Below, piece by piece: positions 20,154 to 27,987 of a stretch of 64,000 nt of DNA; positions within the stretch are counted from its first letter, which is position 1, and every line of letters begins with the position of its first letter. The position numbers and the translations under genes were made by a program. The stretch covers positions 62,001-126,000 of IMG/VR virus record IMGVR_UViG_3300044701_000569. One strand, 5' to 3'. The notes beneath the pieces are model-generated. The model had not been told where the DNA came from, made no database searches, and saw only the letters and a program-made list of their open reading frames with translations.

Positions 20154-20546
20154 TTAGGTATCCAGATTACAGTAGTAATTAGCACTAAAAATTACTTTAG
20201 AACCAGCTGTAGCAGGTGAAACTGGATTTGCTATAATTCTAACTCTAGCACTGTCTACTTCGGCTGTGATTGTTATTAAGGGAGTTCCTAAATCAGATCG
20301 GCCAATCACTTGGGCCTTAGCTAGATCGGGTGAAGCTATCACTACTACTTTTAAAATCTCTTTACTTGTTTGATCTAAACTAGCTGTAATAGTATACTCT
20401 GCACTGGCAAAATCGCCAACAAACCATTCATCTAGAAGTGTGTTTGTATAAACAGGCTTCCAGTGATTTTTGTAAGAAAACTGTGTTTGATTTGACAATC
20501 TTACAGTATTGTGCAAACCCTTTGTGAAATAATCTCTAAAATTCAT
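20154..20546 (-). CDS. Hypothetical virion-associated protein
   Basis: 130-aa ORF in the fibre cluster with a CTAAATA box upstream. Confidence 0.6.
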   Translation of the reverse strand: MNFRDYFTKGLHNTVRLSNQTQFSYKNHWKPVYTNTLLDEWFVGDFASAEYTITASLDQTSKEILKVVVIASPDLAKAQVIGRSDLGTPLITITAEVDSARVRIIANPVSPATAGSKVIFSANYYCNLDT

Positions 20547-20615
20547 AGCCTTGATCCATTTATAGTAGTATTTAGTAATTTTGAGGCATAAGTAAAACTA
20601 TACCAGGAATTGCAC

Positions 20616-21314
20616 ATGTTTTCAAAAAAGATAAATTTAACAGCCTACACACTAGATAAAAATATATACGACTTTTGTAAACCTGTTTATAAAAGCAAAG
20701 CTAAACCTTCATGGTTAGAGCAGCTAAAGAGTGTAATAGTAAGTTGGGACGAACGTACACAGATGCCTGCTAAGAGCGGAACTTTGTTAACTTGTCCAGG
20801 CGTTAGAGATTTTTTATCAACACCAATACAAGTACCTATGTGGGGAGATATAGATATTCTTATCAAACCTGATGGTTCTTGGACATACAATACTAGACCA
20901 GAATGGGGACTAACAGTAACTCATCACAACGAAGCTCAGTTTAAAGGAGCATATAATAATCGTCTAGCACTAAAATTATCTAACCCTTGGATTTTTAAAA
21001 CAGATTCTAAAGTAAATTTTATGGTAACAGAATCACATTATAGTACCAGTTACTTTAGAGATCTAGGTGTGTTATTTTCTCCAGGAGTAACAAATTATTA
21101 TAAGCAACATTCGTTAAATGTTCATTTAAATTGTCCCATAAAAGATGAAGCATATATTATTAATTTAAAACACGGAATGCCATTGATATCAATTTTTCCT
21201 ATGACTGAAAGAGAAATAGAGTTTGATTCACAATTAATAAGTGTTGAAGAATGGAATAATATTTCAAACCATTTTCCTTACACATTTGTAGGTAGGTATT
21301 TTAAAAAGGACTAG
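20616..21314 (+). CDS. Hypothetical protein, possibly dUTPase-like beta fold (DUF6065-like)
   Basis: TCPGVRDF, KLSNPW and PLISIFP segments. AGGA SD 7 nt before the ATG at 20616. Confidence 0.5.
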   Translation: MFSKKINLTAYTLDKNIYDFCKPVYKSKAKPSWLEQLKSVIVSWDERTQMPAKSGTLLTCPGVRDFLSTPIQVPMWGDIDILIKPDGSWTYNTRPEWGLTVTHHNEAQFKGAYNNRLALKLSNPWIFKTDSKVNFMVTESHYSTSYFRDLGVLFSPGVTNYYKQHSLNVHLNCPIKDEAYIINLKHGMPLISIFPMTEREIEFDSQLISVEEWNNISNHFPYTFVGRYFKKD

Positions 21315-21315
21315 T

Positions 21316-22041
21316 ATGGCAAAGACTGTTTATTGGGCTCCGTGGGGGCCGCCACAAAAATATAGTGAGTCTTTTTTAGGATACACAGATCCTGTAAATG
21401 TTTTTACAGATACAATGAGATTTACTAATAAGGAAAACAAATTAGATAATTTCTTTAGCTGTCCAGCATTTGTTAATTCTGTAAAAAATACATTTTTATT
21501 TAAAAGTCCTGCAAATTGTGATGTAGAGTTTAAAGAAGAATATATTATTAATAAAGCTAGTCCTAATATAATATACGATCGCGATGTTCTAGTCTTTAAA
21601 AATCCATCAATGTTAGATTCATATACAATTAGATTTGCAGCTAATTGGATTTTTTTTAGTGACGATGACTTAGATATAGAATCAAGACATCCGTATCTTC
21701 ATCAAACTCAGGTATCTAAATACGGTTATTACGTTCCGGGTACTATGAATATAGGCGCTTGGTTTAGGCCGCTGGAATATGCATTTCAATGTTGGCCGGG
21801 TGTTACTGAGTTTAAAGTAGATCAAGAAGATCCTTTAATGTATCTTAAAGTTAATACTAATGATCCAGTTGTTTTTAAAAAGTTTTATTTAACACCTGAA
21901 TTATTTGATCTTTCTATGAGCTGTGTAAGATTAAAAAATTATTGGCGAGAAAGAAATTTAAAAAGGTTGTACAATATTTTTAATGCATCTAAAATACGCA
22001 ATAAAATTCTTAATGAAATTAAAAAGAATCTAATGGATTAA
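21316..22041 (+). CDS. Hypothetical protein, distant paralogue-like of the preceding gene
   Basis: SCPAF, PGTMNIGAWFRP and DPLMYL segments; translationally coupled to the upstream gene. Confidence 0.5.
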   Translation: MAKTVYWAPWGPPQKYSESFLGYTDPVNVFTDTMRFTNKENKLDNFFSCPAFVNSVKNTFLFKSPANCDVEFKEEYIINKASPNIIYDRDVLVFKNPSMLDSYTIRFAANWIFFSDDDLDIESRHPYLHQTQVSKYGYYVPGTMNIGAWFRPLEYAFQCWPGVTEFKVDQEDPLMYLKVNTNDPVVFKKFYLTPELFDLSMSCVRLKNYWRERNLKRLYNIFNASKIRNKILNEIKKNLMD

Positions 22042-22043
22042 CA

Positions 22044-22625
22044 ATGCAATTTGACGAAATATTTCCTACCTATCTAGTTAAAGACATTAATTTAAAATTA
22101 GCAGAAAAACTATTACCTCTCTGCAATAGATACACAGATGAAACAAAAACTAATTGCCTTCATATAGAAAATTTTCCAAGTACGCTGTATGATAGAGATT
22201 TAGAACGTAAGGTTATGGATGAACCTGAGGTTAAAGAAGCGTTTGATATTATCATTGAGTCTTACTTGAAGCCGTTTTTAAATCATCGAGGTATAAATTT
22301 GCCACAGCCTTTAAAACCTTTTGGGTTTTTTAGTTCAATGAAAAAGCATGCTTATCTTAGAAAGCACTGTCATTTAGATTCTTTATTTGCTGGAATAATC
22401 TATTTAGAAGTAGGTAAAGAAGTGCCACCGTTAATTCTGTATGATCCTAAACCAATGAGATCGTTCATAAACTGGCCGTTGTTACCCAACAATACTAAAG
22501 ATACCCCTCTATTGGTTATACCCCCTCAACAAGGTTTAGTATTATTGTGGGACTCGTATTTAGAACACGAGGTTCCTCAAAAATTAAATGACGAACCTCG
22601 TAAAACTTTTGTCTTTAATCTTTAA
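22044..22625 (+). CDS. Putative 2OG-Fe(II) oxygenase
   Basis: HCHLDSLFAGIIYL, LILYDP, LEHEVP and RKTFVFN give the double-stranded beta-helix His/His/Arg pattern. Confidence 0.75.
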   Translation: MQFDEIFPTYLVKDINLKLAEKLLPLCNRYTDETKTNCLHIENFPSTLYDRDLERKVMDEPEVKEAFDIIIESYLKPFLNHRGINLPQPLKPFGFFSSMKKHAYLRKHCHLDSLFAGIIYLEVGKEVPPLILYDPKPMRSFINWPLLPNNTKDTPLLVIPPQQGLVLLWDSYLEHEVPQKLNDEPRKTFVFNL

Positions 22626-24421
22626 TTTTTAATCTGCACTAACTTTCCGTATTCTGGCAAATATAGATATTCTATATCACTTCTTGCCAGTGTGTCTAAT
22701 GCGTCGTCTAGTGTTTCAACTAACGGATCTCCGCCAAGATTAAAACTTGTATTAAACAATATAGGAACTCCAGTTTTTTTGTAAAACTCGTTTATTAGAC
22801 CGTAATAGTGAAGATTTTGTTCTTCTGTTACAGTCTGTATACGGCAAGTTCCGTCAATGTGAATAATGCTTGGAATTTTTTCTTCTATTCCTGGTTGACA
22901 ATTAACAGCATACATCATATATGGGGTATCTTCCATACCTCGTAAATCAAACCATTCGTGTACGTGCTCTTTTAAAATACTTCCAGCGAACGGTCTAAAA
23001 TATTCTCGTCTCTTAACATTATTTACAAATTCTTTACCATCTTTAAATCTAGGATCAAATAGAATACTTCTGTTTCCTAATGCTCTAGGTCCGTTTTCTG
23101 ATTTTCCTTGAAAAATAGCAACAATATTTTTTTCTTCTAGCAAACTAACTATTTTTAAATAGTCGGCTTCTACAATTTTACCGTTAACTTTTTCTACAGC
23201 TTGTTCTAACTCGTTATTGCTGTAAGTGTATTCAAATCCAAGATAAAGGCCATCTTTAGTGTAATCAACACAAGAGTCTGGTTGTAGATCATAATATACC
23301 AACATTGCTGCACCTATAGCAGTGCCTGCATCGTTGCTGATTGGTTCTACATACATCTTAATACCCAAGTCGTTTAATTTATTTAGATAATAGTAATTTG
23401 CAACGCAATTTAATCCGTAGCCGCCGCTTACTACTACATTCTTTTCACCTGTTAGTTCACAGGCCTTAATAATTAAATCTAAAACAAGGTCTTGTGTCTG
23501 TGTTTGAACAGCATAGGCAAGATCTCTTCTGTTTTCTAATAGCGTTACATCGTAATCATCTGTATTGCCGTGATCATTTAAAAATTTAAATATTCCGTAA
23601 TTAACTACACTACCGTTTGGATATGTAGGCACTATTAAGTTTCTATTAGAAAGAGGCAGGTCACTAGTAGAATCAAACAGTTCTGGAATCTTGTCGTTTG
23701 GTTTACCGTACGGAAATAAACCCATAGTCTTTCCTGCTTCGATGCCGGGCCAACCGCAGTATTGTGTTACTGCTTCGTATACTTTTACTATTCCAGCTCT
23801 ATCGCTTACAATAGCTTGGTGTGTCTGACCTTTTTCACCGTACATCGTACCGTCTGCATCATTTACAACAAAACAATTTTGTATGCCTCGCATTCCAACA
23901 TTTTTATAGAGTGTTTTAAAATTATTTGGATACCCGCAAGAAAAAATTGATTCTGTTTCCCATCCTATAGACTGCTCTCCATAGATATCTTTCATAGGAA
24001 TAAATGTGCCTGCTCCATCTACTATAACTGCTGCTGCACTTTTAAAACCTGATCTATAAAATGCACAGGCTGCATGTAGCTTATGGTGCATTGTGCTAAG
24101 ATCAATTACTTGAGGGTGATTAATCATATCACCCTTTCTGTCAATAAGATTTAATTTTCTAGCGAGACCAGTATAAACATCTTCGCCCATAAAATCAACT
24201 TTGCCTGCTGTATCTTTTAAAGATTGAGTGTGTGCTACTACAAGATAATCAAGTTTGTCAGTATATTCTTTTATTTTCATCATAGCAGCGTAGGGGCCGC
24301 CATCGTACTTGGCTCTTGTTAAACGTTCTTCTTCAATGCTAAAAACAATTTTTCCATTTTTTAGAAGACAAACGCTAGCATTATGTCCTCTTGCTATTCC
24401 TGCTATCCAAATATCTTTCAT
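22622..24421 (-). CDS. O-carbamoyltransferase (NodU/CmcH family)
   Basis: HNASVCL, EEERLTRAK, HHKLHAACAF, GKTMGLFPYG, NDAGTAIG, GPRALGNRS, REYFRPFA, HIDGTCRIQTV and NTSFN motifs. Confidence 0.95.
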   Translation of the reverse strand: MKDIWIAGIARGHNASVCLLKNGKIVFSIEEERLTRAKYDGGPYAAMMKIKEYTDKLDYLVVAHTQSLKDTAGKVDFMGEDVYTGLARKLNLIDRKGDMINHPQVIDLSTMHHKLHAACAFYRSGFKSAAAVIVDGAGTFIPMKDIYGEQSIGWETESIFSCGYPNNFKTLYKNVGMRGIQNCFVVNDADGTMYGEKGQTHQAIVSDRAGIVKVYEAVTQYCGWPGIEAGKTMGLFPYGKPNDKIPELFDSTSDLPLSNRNLIVPTYPNGSVVNYGIFKFLNDHGNTDDYDVTLLENRRDLAYAVQTQTQDLVLDLIIKACELTGEKNVVVSGGYGLNCVANYYYLNKLNDLGIKMYVEPISNDAGTAIGAAMLVYYDLQPDSCVDYTKDGLYLGFEYTYSNNELEQAVEKVNGKIVEADYLKIVSLLEEKNIVAIFQGKSENGPRALGNRSILFDPRFKDGKEFVNNVKRREYFRPFAGSILKEHVHEWFDLRGMEDTPYMMYAVNCQPGIEEKIPSIIHIDGTCRIQTVTEEQNLHYYGLINEFYKKTGVPILFNTSFNLGGDPLVETLDDALDTLARSDIEYLYLPEYGKLVQIKN

Positions 24422-24424
24422 ATA

Positions 24425-25345
24425 TTAAACCTTTTTCTTTATGTGTTCTCTAATTTTTTCAATTAACTCGTTGGTTTCTTTTTCTGTAAAATCCATACAA
24501 GAATCATTATATCTATTAGCTATATCAGCATCTATACCATTTTCAGAAATTCTAATAGGAAAGTATCGTATATCAACTGGGGTTTTTTGTAATATTTGAA
24601 AATGATCAGAATATGTTATATTTTCAGCAAACGTGCTGCCAAGTATCACAGTTCCGGGCTTATCAAATGCGTAAGCCATATGTTGTCCTACGCTGTCACA
24701 GCCTATAAAATAATCAGATGCTTCAACAATAGCTGCCCATTGTCTTAGACTAGTTTGTATTTTAAACGACTTATTTTCAACATCAAGATGCTCGCCAAAA
24801 TAAATTACATTGTAATCTTTCATTAAATTATCTAAAATTTGATTGTAGGCTTTCTTTGTGAGAGATCTACTCATTGGATCAATTACTTCGCTGTGCATTA
24901 CAGTTGATGATCTACCAAACGGTTGAATAACTATAGTCTTTTCTCTGTTTTGAGCTTTCTTAGCGTTAATGAGAGCATCAACAGCATTCATTTCTTCTTG
25001 TTTAGATAATACTATTTTTGGTTTTTCTAAATCTGAATGATCTTCGGTGTCATTGATCAAATAGTCAAATGACTCGATTAAATTTCTTTTTTGATTATAA
25101 TATCCGTGATCTCTATAAGGTTCAGGAGTAACTATAACATTTGGTTTAATTATAGTTTCAAAAAGATTTTTTGTTTCAGGACCATAAGCAAGGTCCTGCA
25201 ATTCTTTAATACCTACAAAGAATTCAAGACCGCTCTCTGCTAGAATGTAAAAATTTGGGCCGTGTTTCTTATAATACTTTAGCAGTGCTGGAATAGCACA
25301 TATTACTCTGCCAGCGCCTCCGCCAATAGCAAAAATTTTTTTCAT
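24425..25345 (-). CDS. GT9-like (ADP-heptose-type) glycosyltransferase
   Basis: N-terminal GGGAGRVICAIPAL; C-terminal LRQWAAIVEASDYFIGCDSVGQHMAYAFDKPGTVILGST matches the GT9 pattern IGNDSGPMHLAAALGxPTVALFG. Confidence 0.75.
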   Translation of the reverse strand: MKKIFAIGGGAGRVICAIPALLKYYKKHGPNFYILAESGLEFFVGIKELQDLAYGPETKNLFETIIKPNVIVTPEPYRDHGYYNQKRNLIESFDYLINDTEDHSDLEKPKIVLSKQEEMNAVDALINAKKAQNREKTIVIQPFGRSSTVMHSEVIDPMSRSLTKKAYNQILDNLMKDYNVIYFGEHLDVENKSFKIQTSLRQWAAIVEASDYFIGCDSVGQHMAYAFDKPGTVILGSTFAENITYSDHFQILQKTPVDIRYFPIRISENGIDADIANRYNDSCMDFTEKETNELIEKIREHIKKKV

Positions 25346-25399
25346 AAAAAATCCCTAGTTGTTGAATACAATATTAGTTATTCAAATCAACTAGGGATT
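25346..25399 (-). terminator. Long hairpin plus U6 that overlaps the SD of the GT9-like gene
   Basis: aatccctagttg (25350-25361) / caactagggatt (25388-25399) plus ttgaata / tattcaa; the minus strand continues UUUU into the AUG. Confidence 0.65.
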
Positions 25400-25415
25400 A
25401 TGTGTAAATTAGAGT

Positions 25416-26162
25416 TTATTCAGGATCTGGGCCGCCATCGTCTGTGGCAGTTTCATCTGCTGTCCAATTTAGTTCTGTTTTTAAATAATCAATAAACTGT
25501 TGTTGATCTGCCTCAACTTTTTTCCAGTGTGCTAAGAACGTACTTAACTCAGTGTCTGGTATAGGAAGAGATTCAACTGTGTGTTCAAATTCTGTTCCTT
25601 CAGCAAAAACTATAGGATTAGAAAAAACACAAAGATTTGGATTATTATCTGTAGCACCTTCAATACCCGCTATCATTTTCTTTGTATCAACTAATTTTGT
25701 TTTATACTCGTTAAGCGTATCCATAGTTACTGGTGGTAGAGGTTGGCTAAGAATAGACACAAAGACTGGTAGTGGGAATTTTTTTACTACTTCTACTCGT
25801 TCTTCTAAGGGAGGAACAGGAACAGGAGGCAGAACAGTTGTACCAAGCACTACTGGCTCTCCACTAGCTTCTGCTTCCTCTATGAGACGCAATAATCTTT
25901 CTCTTTCTGCTGTTTCTTCTGCTTCTCTAGCAAGTATTACAACATTCTCTTCTTCTCGTTTAGCAAAAATATAATCTTCAATTTCCTTGTATCCATCGCC
26001 GCCTAATTTAATTACTTTATTATTAAAATAAAAATCACCCGGCTGTACGTCAACATCAGTTTCAACCCAGGGTTGACCTGTTATTTCAACAAAGTGACGA
26101 TCATCAGTAACAGCCATTACAATTTCTAAATTATATTGTTTAGTTTCAGTTCTAAAAAACAT
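25416..26162 (-). CDS. Hypothetical protein downstream of the Cys-rich fibre gene
   Basis: 248-aa acidic/Pro-rich ORF; the position would fit a fibre chaperone, but this is unproven. Confidence 0.6.
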   Translation of the reverse strand: MFFRTETKQYNLEIVMAVTDDRHFVEITGQPWVETDVDVQPGDFYFNNKVIKLGGDGYKEIEDYIFAKREEENVVILAREAEETAERERLLRLIEEAEASGEPVVLGTTVLPPVPVPPLEERVEVVKKFPLPVFVSILSQPLPPVTMDTLNEYKTKLVDTKKMIAGIEGATDNNPNLCVFSNPIVFAEGTEFEHTVESLPIPDTELSTFLAHWKKVEADQQQFIDYLKTELNWTADETATDDGGPDPE

Positions 26163-26172
26163 ATTTTTTTCC

Positions 26173-27642
26173 TTAATATACTATAACAACTGCACCGCCA
26201 CCACCAGCAGTATTAAGTCTATTGCCGCCACCGCCGTATCCTGGTGCAGCAACACTTGCACCGTTACCAAATTTAAAGTCAGTTAGATTTCCGCCAGTTT
26301 CACTCTTAAGAGTTGATAACGGAATAACTGCACTGTCTTCTGCGTTTGATAGGACGGTGTCATCTCTTACATAACCTAAGTTGTAGCAAGTGGTTGCACC
26401 TGCTGCGCCTGCTAGGTGTGTTATACATGAACATGGCCAGTTTGAAATACCGCTACCAAACACAAATGTAAAGTGATCTTGGCTAAATCCAATGTAGCAA
26501 ACATAAGTTGAAGTTGCGCCGCTGCCGCCGCCACCGGCGCTGCCTGCCATTGTTGAAACAACCTGTTCACTGTGTGCATTACTGCCGTCGGCGCTACTGT
26601 TTCCTGCCTGAGCTCCAAGACCTACTGGACATGACTTAAATAGGTAGCTGTCACTTGTTCCCCAATCACCGGAGCTTGCACGTTGAGTTGCGCCGGCCCA
26701 AACGTGTCTGTTAGTGCCGCCGCCGCTGCCGCCTATGCATAGGCATGCACAGCAGAAACGTTGGCACATACAGCTAGCCCAAGGCATATTGGTGTAGCAC
26801 TGTCCACCAAATACGTTGTGATAGGATATTAAACAGTTACAGCCCATGTTAGTGTATGAACTAAAAAATCCGCAGCCGCATGAAGATGATGGGCAAGCAG
26901 TTGGACAAGCACAAATTACTGTACAAATACAGTTGTAGCGTGTTCCGCCAAAGCTGTAGTCATAACCTGTTGAGTAAGATGAGCTATTTGTACAAGTGTA
27001 AGGGGTGCCGCCTCCAGTCGCTGCTCCAGCGCCGTCGTAACAGCTATCCTGTTCCCAATACGGAATAAAAACTCCTCTACCGCCAGTTCTGTTTACATCA
27101 CCACCTGTAGCTGTACCACCTGTATTAAAATATCCGCTGATGCAGTTTGCATAACCGCAAACTGGCAGCGTAAATCCTACAGATGTAGGATTGTCATTAG
27201 AACTTGTTCTAGCAGTACTATTGCTTAAACAGGTCCAAGATATTGCTGTTTCTGTAGCATTGTTAGCTGTTACCGTAGTAGCACCAGATGAAACTACACT
27301 TGCAGTTAAGCCTCCAATTGATCCTACACTAACTGAAACACTTGATCCAGGTGATAAGTCAGTAACTGTTTTTTCTGCGTAGCCGCCACCTGCGCCAGGA
27401 AGTATGCCTTTAAATCTCATACAGTAGTTTTGCGAAGGTGTTGTAACACCCGAACAGCAGTTACTACTGCAAAAGAAAAATGAGGTTTCTCTATAGCAAG
27501 ATCCTGCACCTATTACAAAAACTTTTGCTTGATTAACGCCTGCAGGAACAGTCCATGTGGTTGTACCAGGAGTCGTAAATACTTTAGCGTATTTGTATCC
27601 TGTAGCTGTATTACTTTCAGTAATGTTTACAAATCTTCCCAT
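26173..27642 (-). CDS. Gly-rich, Cys-rich fibre-tip / receptor-binding candidate
   Basis: FTTPGTTTWTVPAGV...VIGAG, GAGGGYAEK and GGGGAVVIVY glycine-rich-domain frame with about 31 Cys inserted. Confidence 0.7.
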   Translation of the reverse strand: MGRFVNITESNTATGYKYAKVFTTPGTTTWTVPAGVNQAKVFVIGAGSCYRETSFFFCSSNCCSGVTTPSQNYCMRFKGILPGAGGGYAEKTVTDLSPGSSVSVSVGSIGGLTASVVSSGATTVTANNATETAISWTCLSNSTARTSSNDNPTSVGFTLPVCGYANCISGYFNTGGTATGGDVNRTGGRGVFIPYWEQDSCYDGAGAATGGGTPYTCTNSSSYSTGYDYSFGGTRYNCICTVICACPTACPSSSCGCGFFSSYTNMGCNCLISYHNVFGGQCYTNMPWASCMCQRFCCACLCIGGSGGGTNRHVWAGATQRASSGDWGTSDSYLFKSCPVGLGAQAGNSSADGSNAHSEQVVSTMAGSAGGGGSGATSTYVCYIGFSQDHFTFVFGSGISNWPCSCITHLAGAAGATTCYNLGYVRDDTVLSNAEDSAVIPLSTLKSETGGNLTDFKFGNGASVAAPGYGGGGNRLNTAGGGGAVVIVY

Positions 27643-27653
27643 TTTTTAGTTCC

Positions 27654-27974
27654 TTACACCGTAGATGTTTCGATACCGTAGGCAACGGCACTAACACTGG
27701 TTGCACTTGCACGAACTACTAGTAGTTTACCTGCATCAATAACTATACCAGTGCGTTCAAGTACACCTTTAGGTGCAATCGCTGCTTCGTATTCTAAATA
27801 TTCACTATCACTAGGAGTAGCTGAACTAGCCATTGCTAATCTAACAGTTACCGTACTAGAACCTCTATTGCAAAATGATACAGATGCAATAGCAAATGTG
27901 CTAGATGGGCAAGTATACAACGTAGTATTCGTTGTAGCTGCTAAATCAAGGGCTCCTAATCTTCCTGTTGCCAT
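27654..27974 (-). CDS. Small beta-sandwich virion adaptor protein
   Basis: 106 aa; TTLYTCP, SVSFCNR and TGIVIDAG resemble the ORFs at 37880 and 45212. Confidence 0.6.
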   Translation of the reverse strand: MATGRLGALDLAATTNTTLYTCPSSTFAIASVSFCNRGSSTVTVRLAMASSATPSDSEYLEYEAAIAPKGVLERTGIVIDAGKLLVVRASATSVSAVAYGIETSTV

Positions 27975-27987
27975 AATATGTTCTCCA

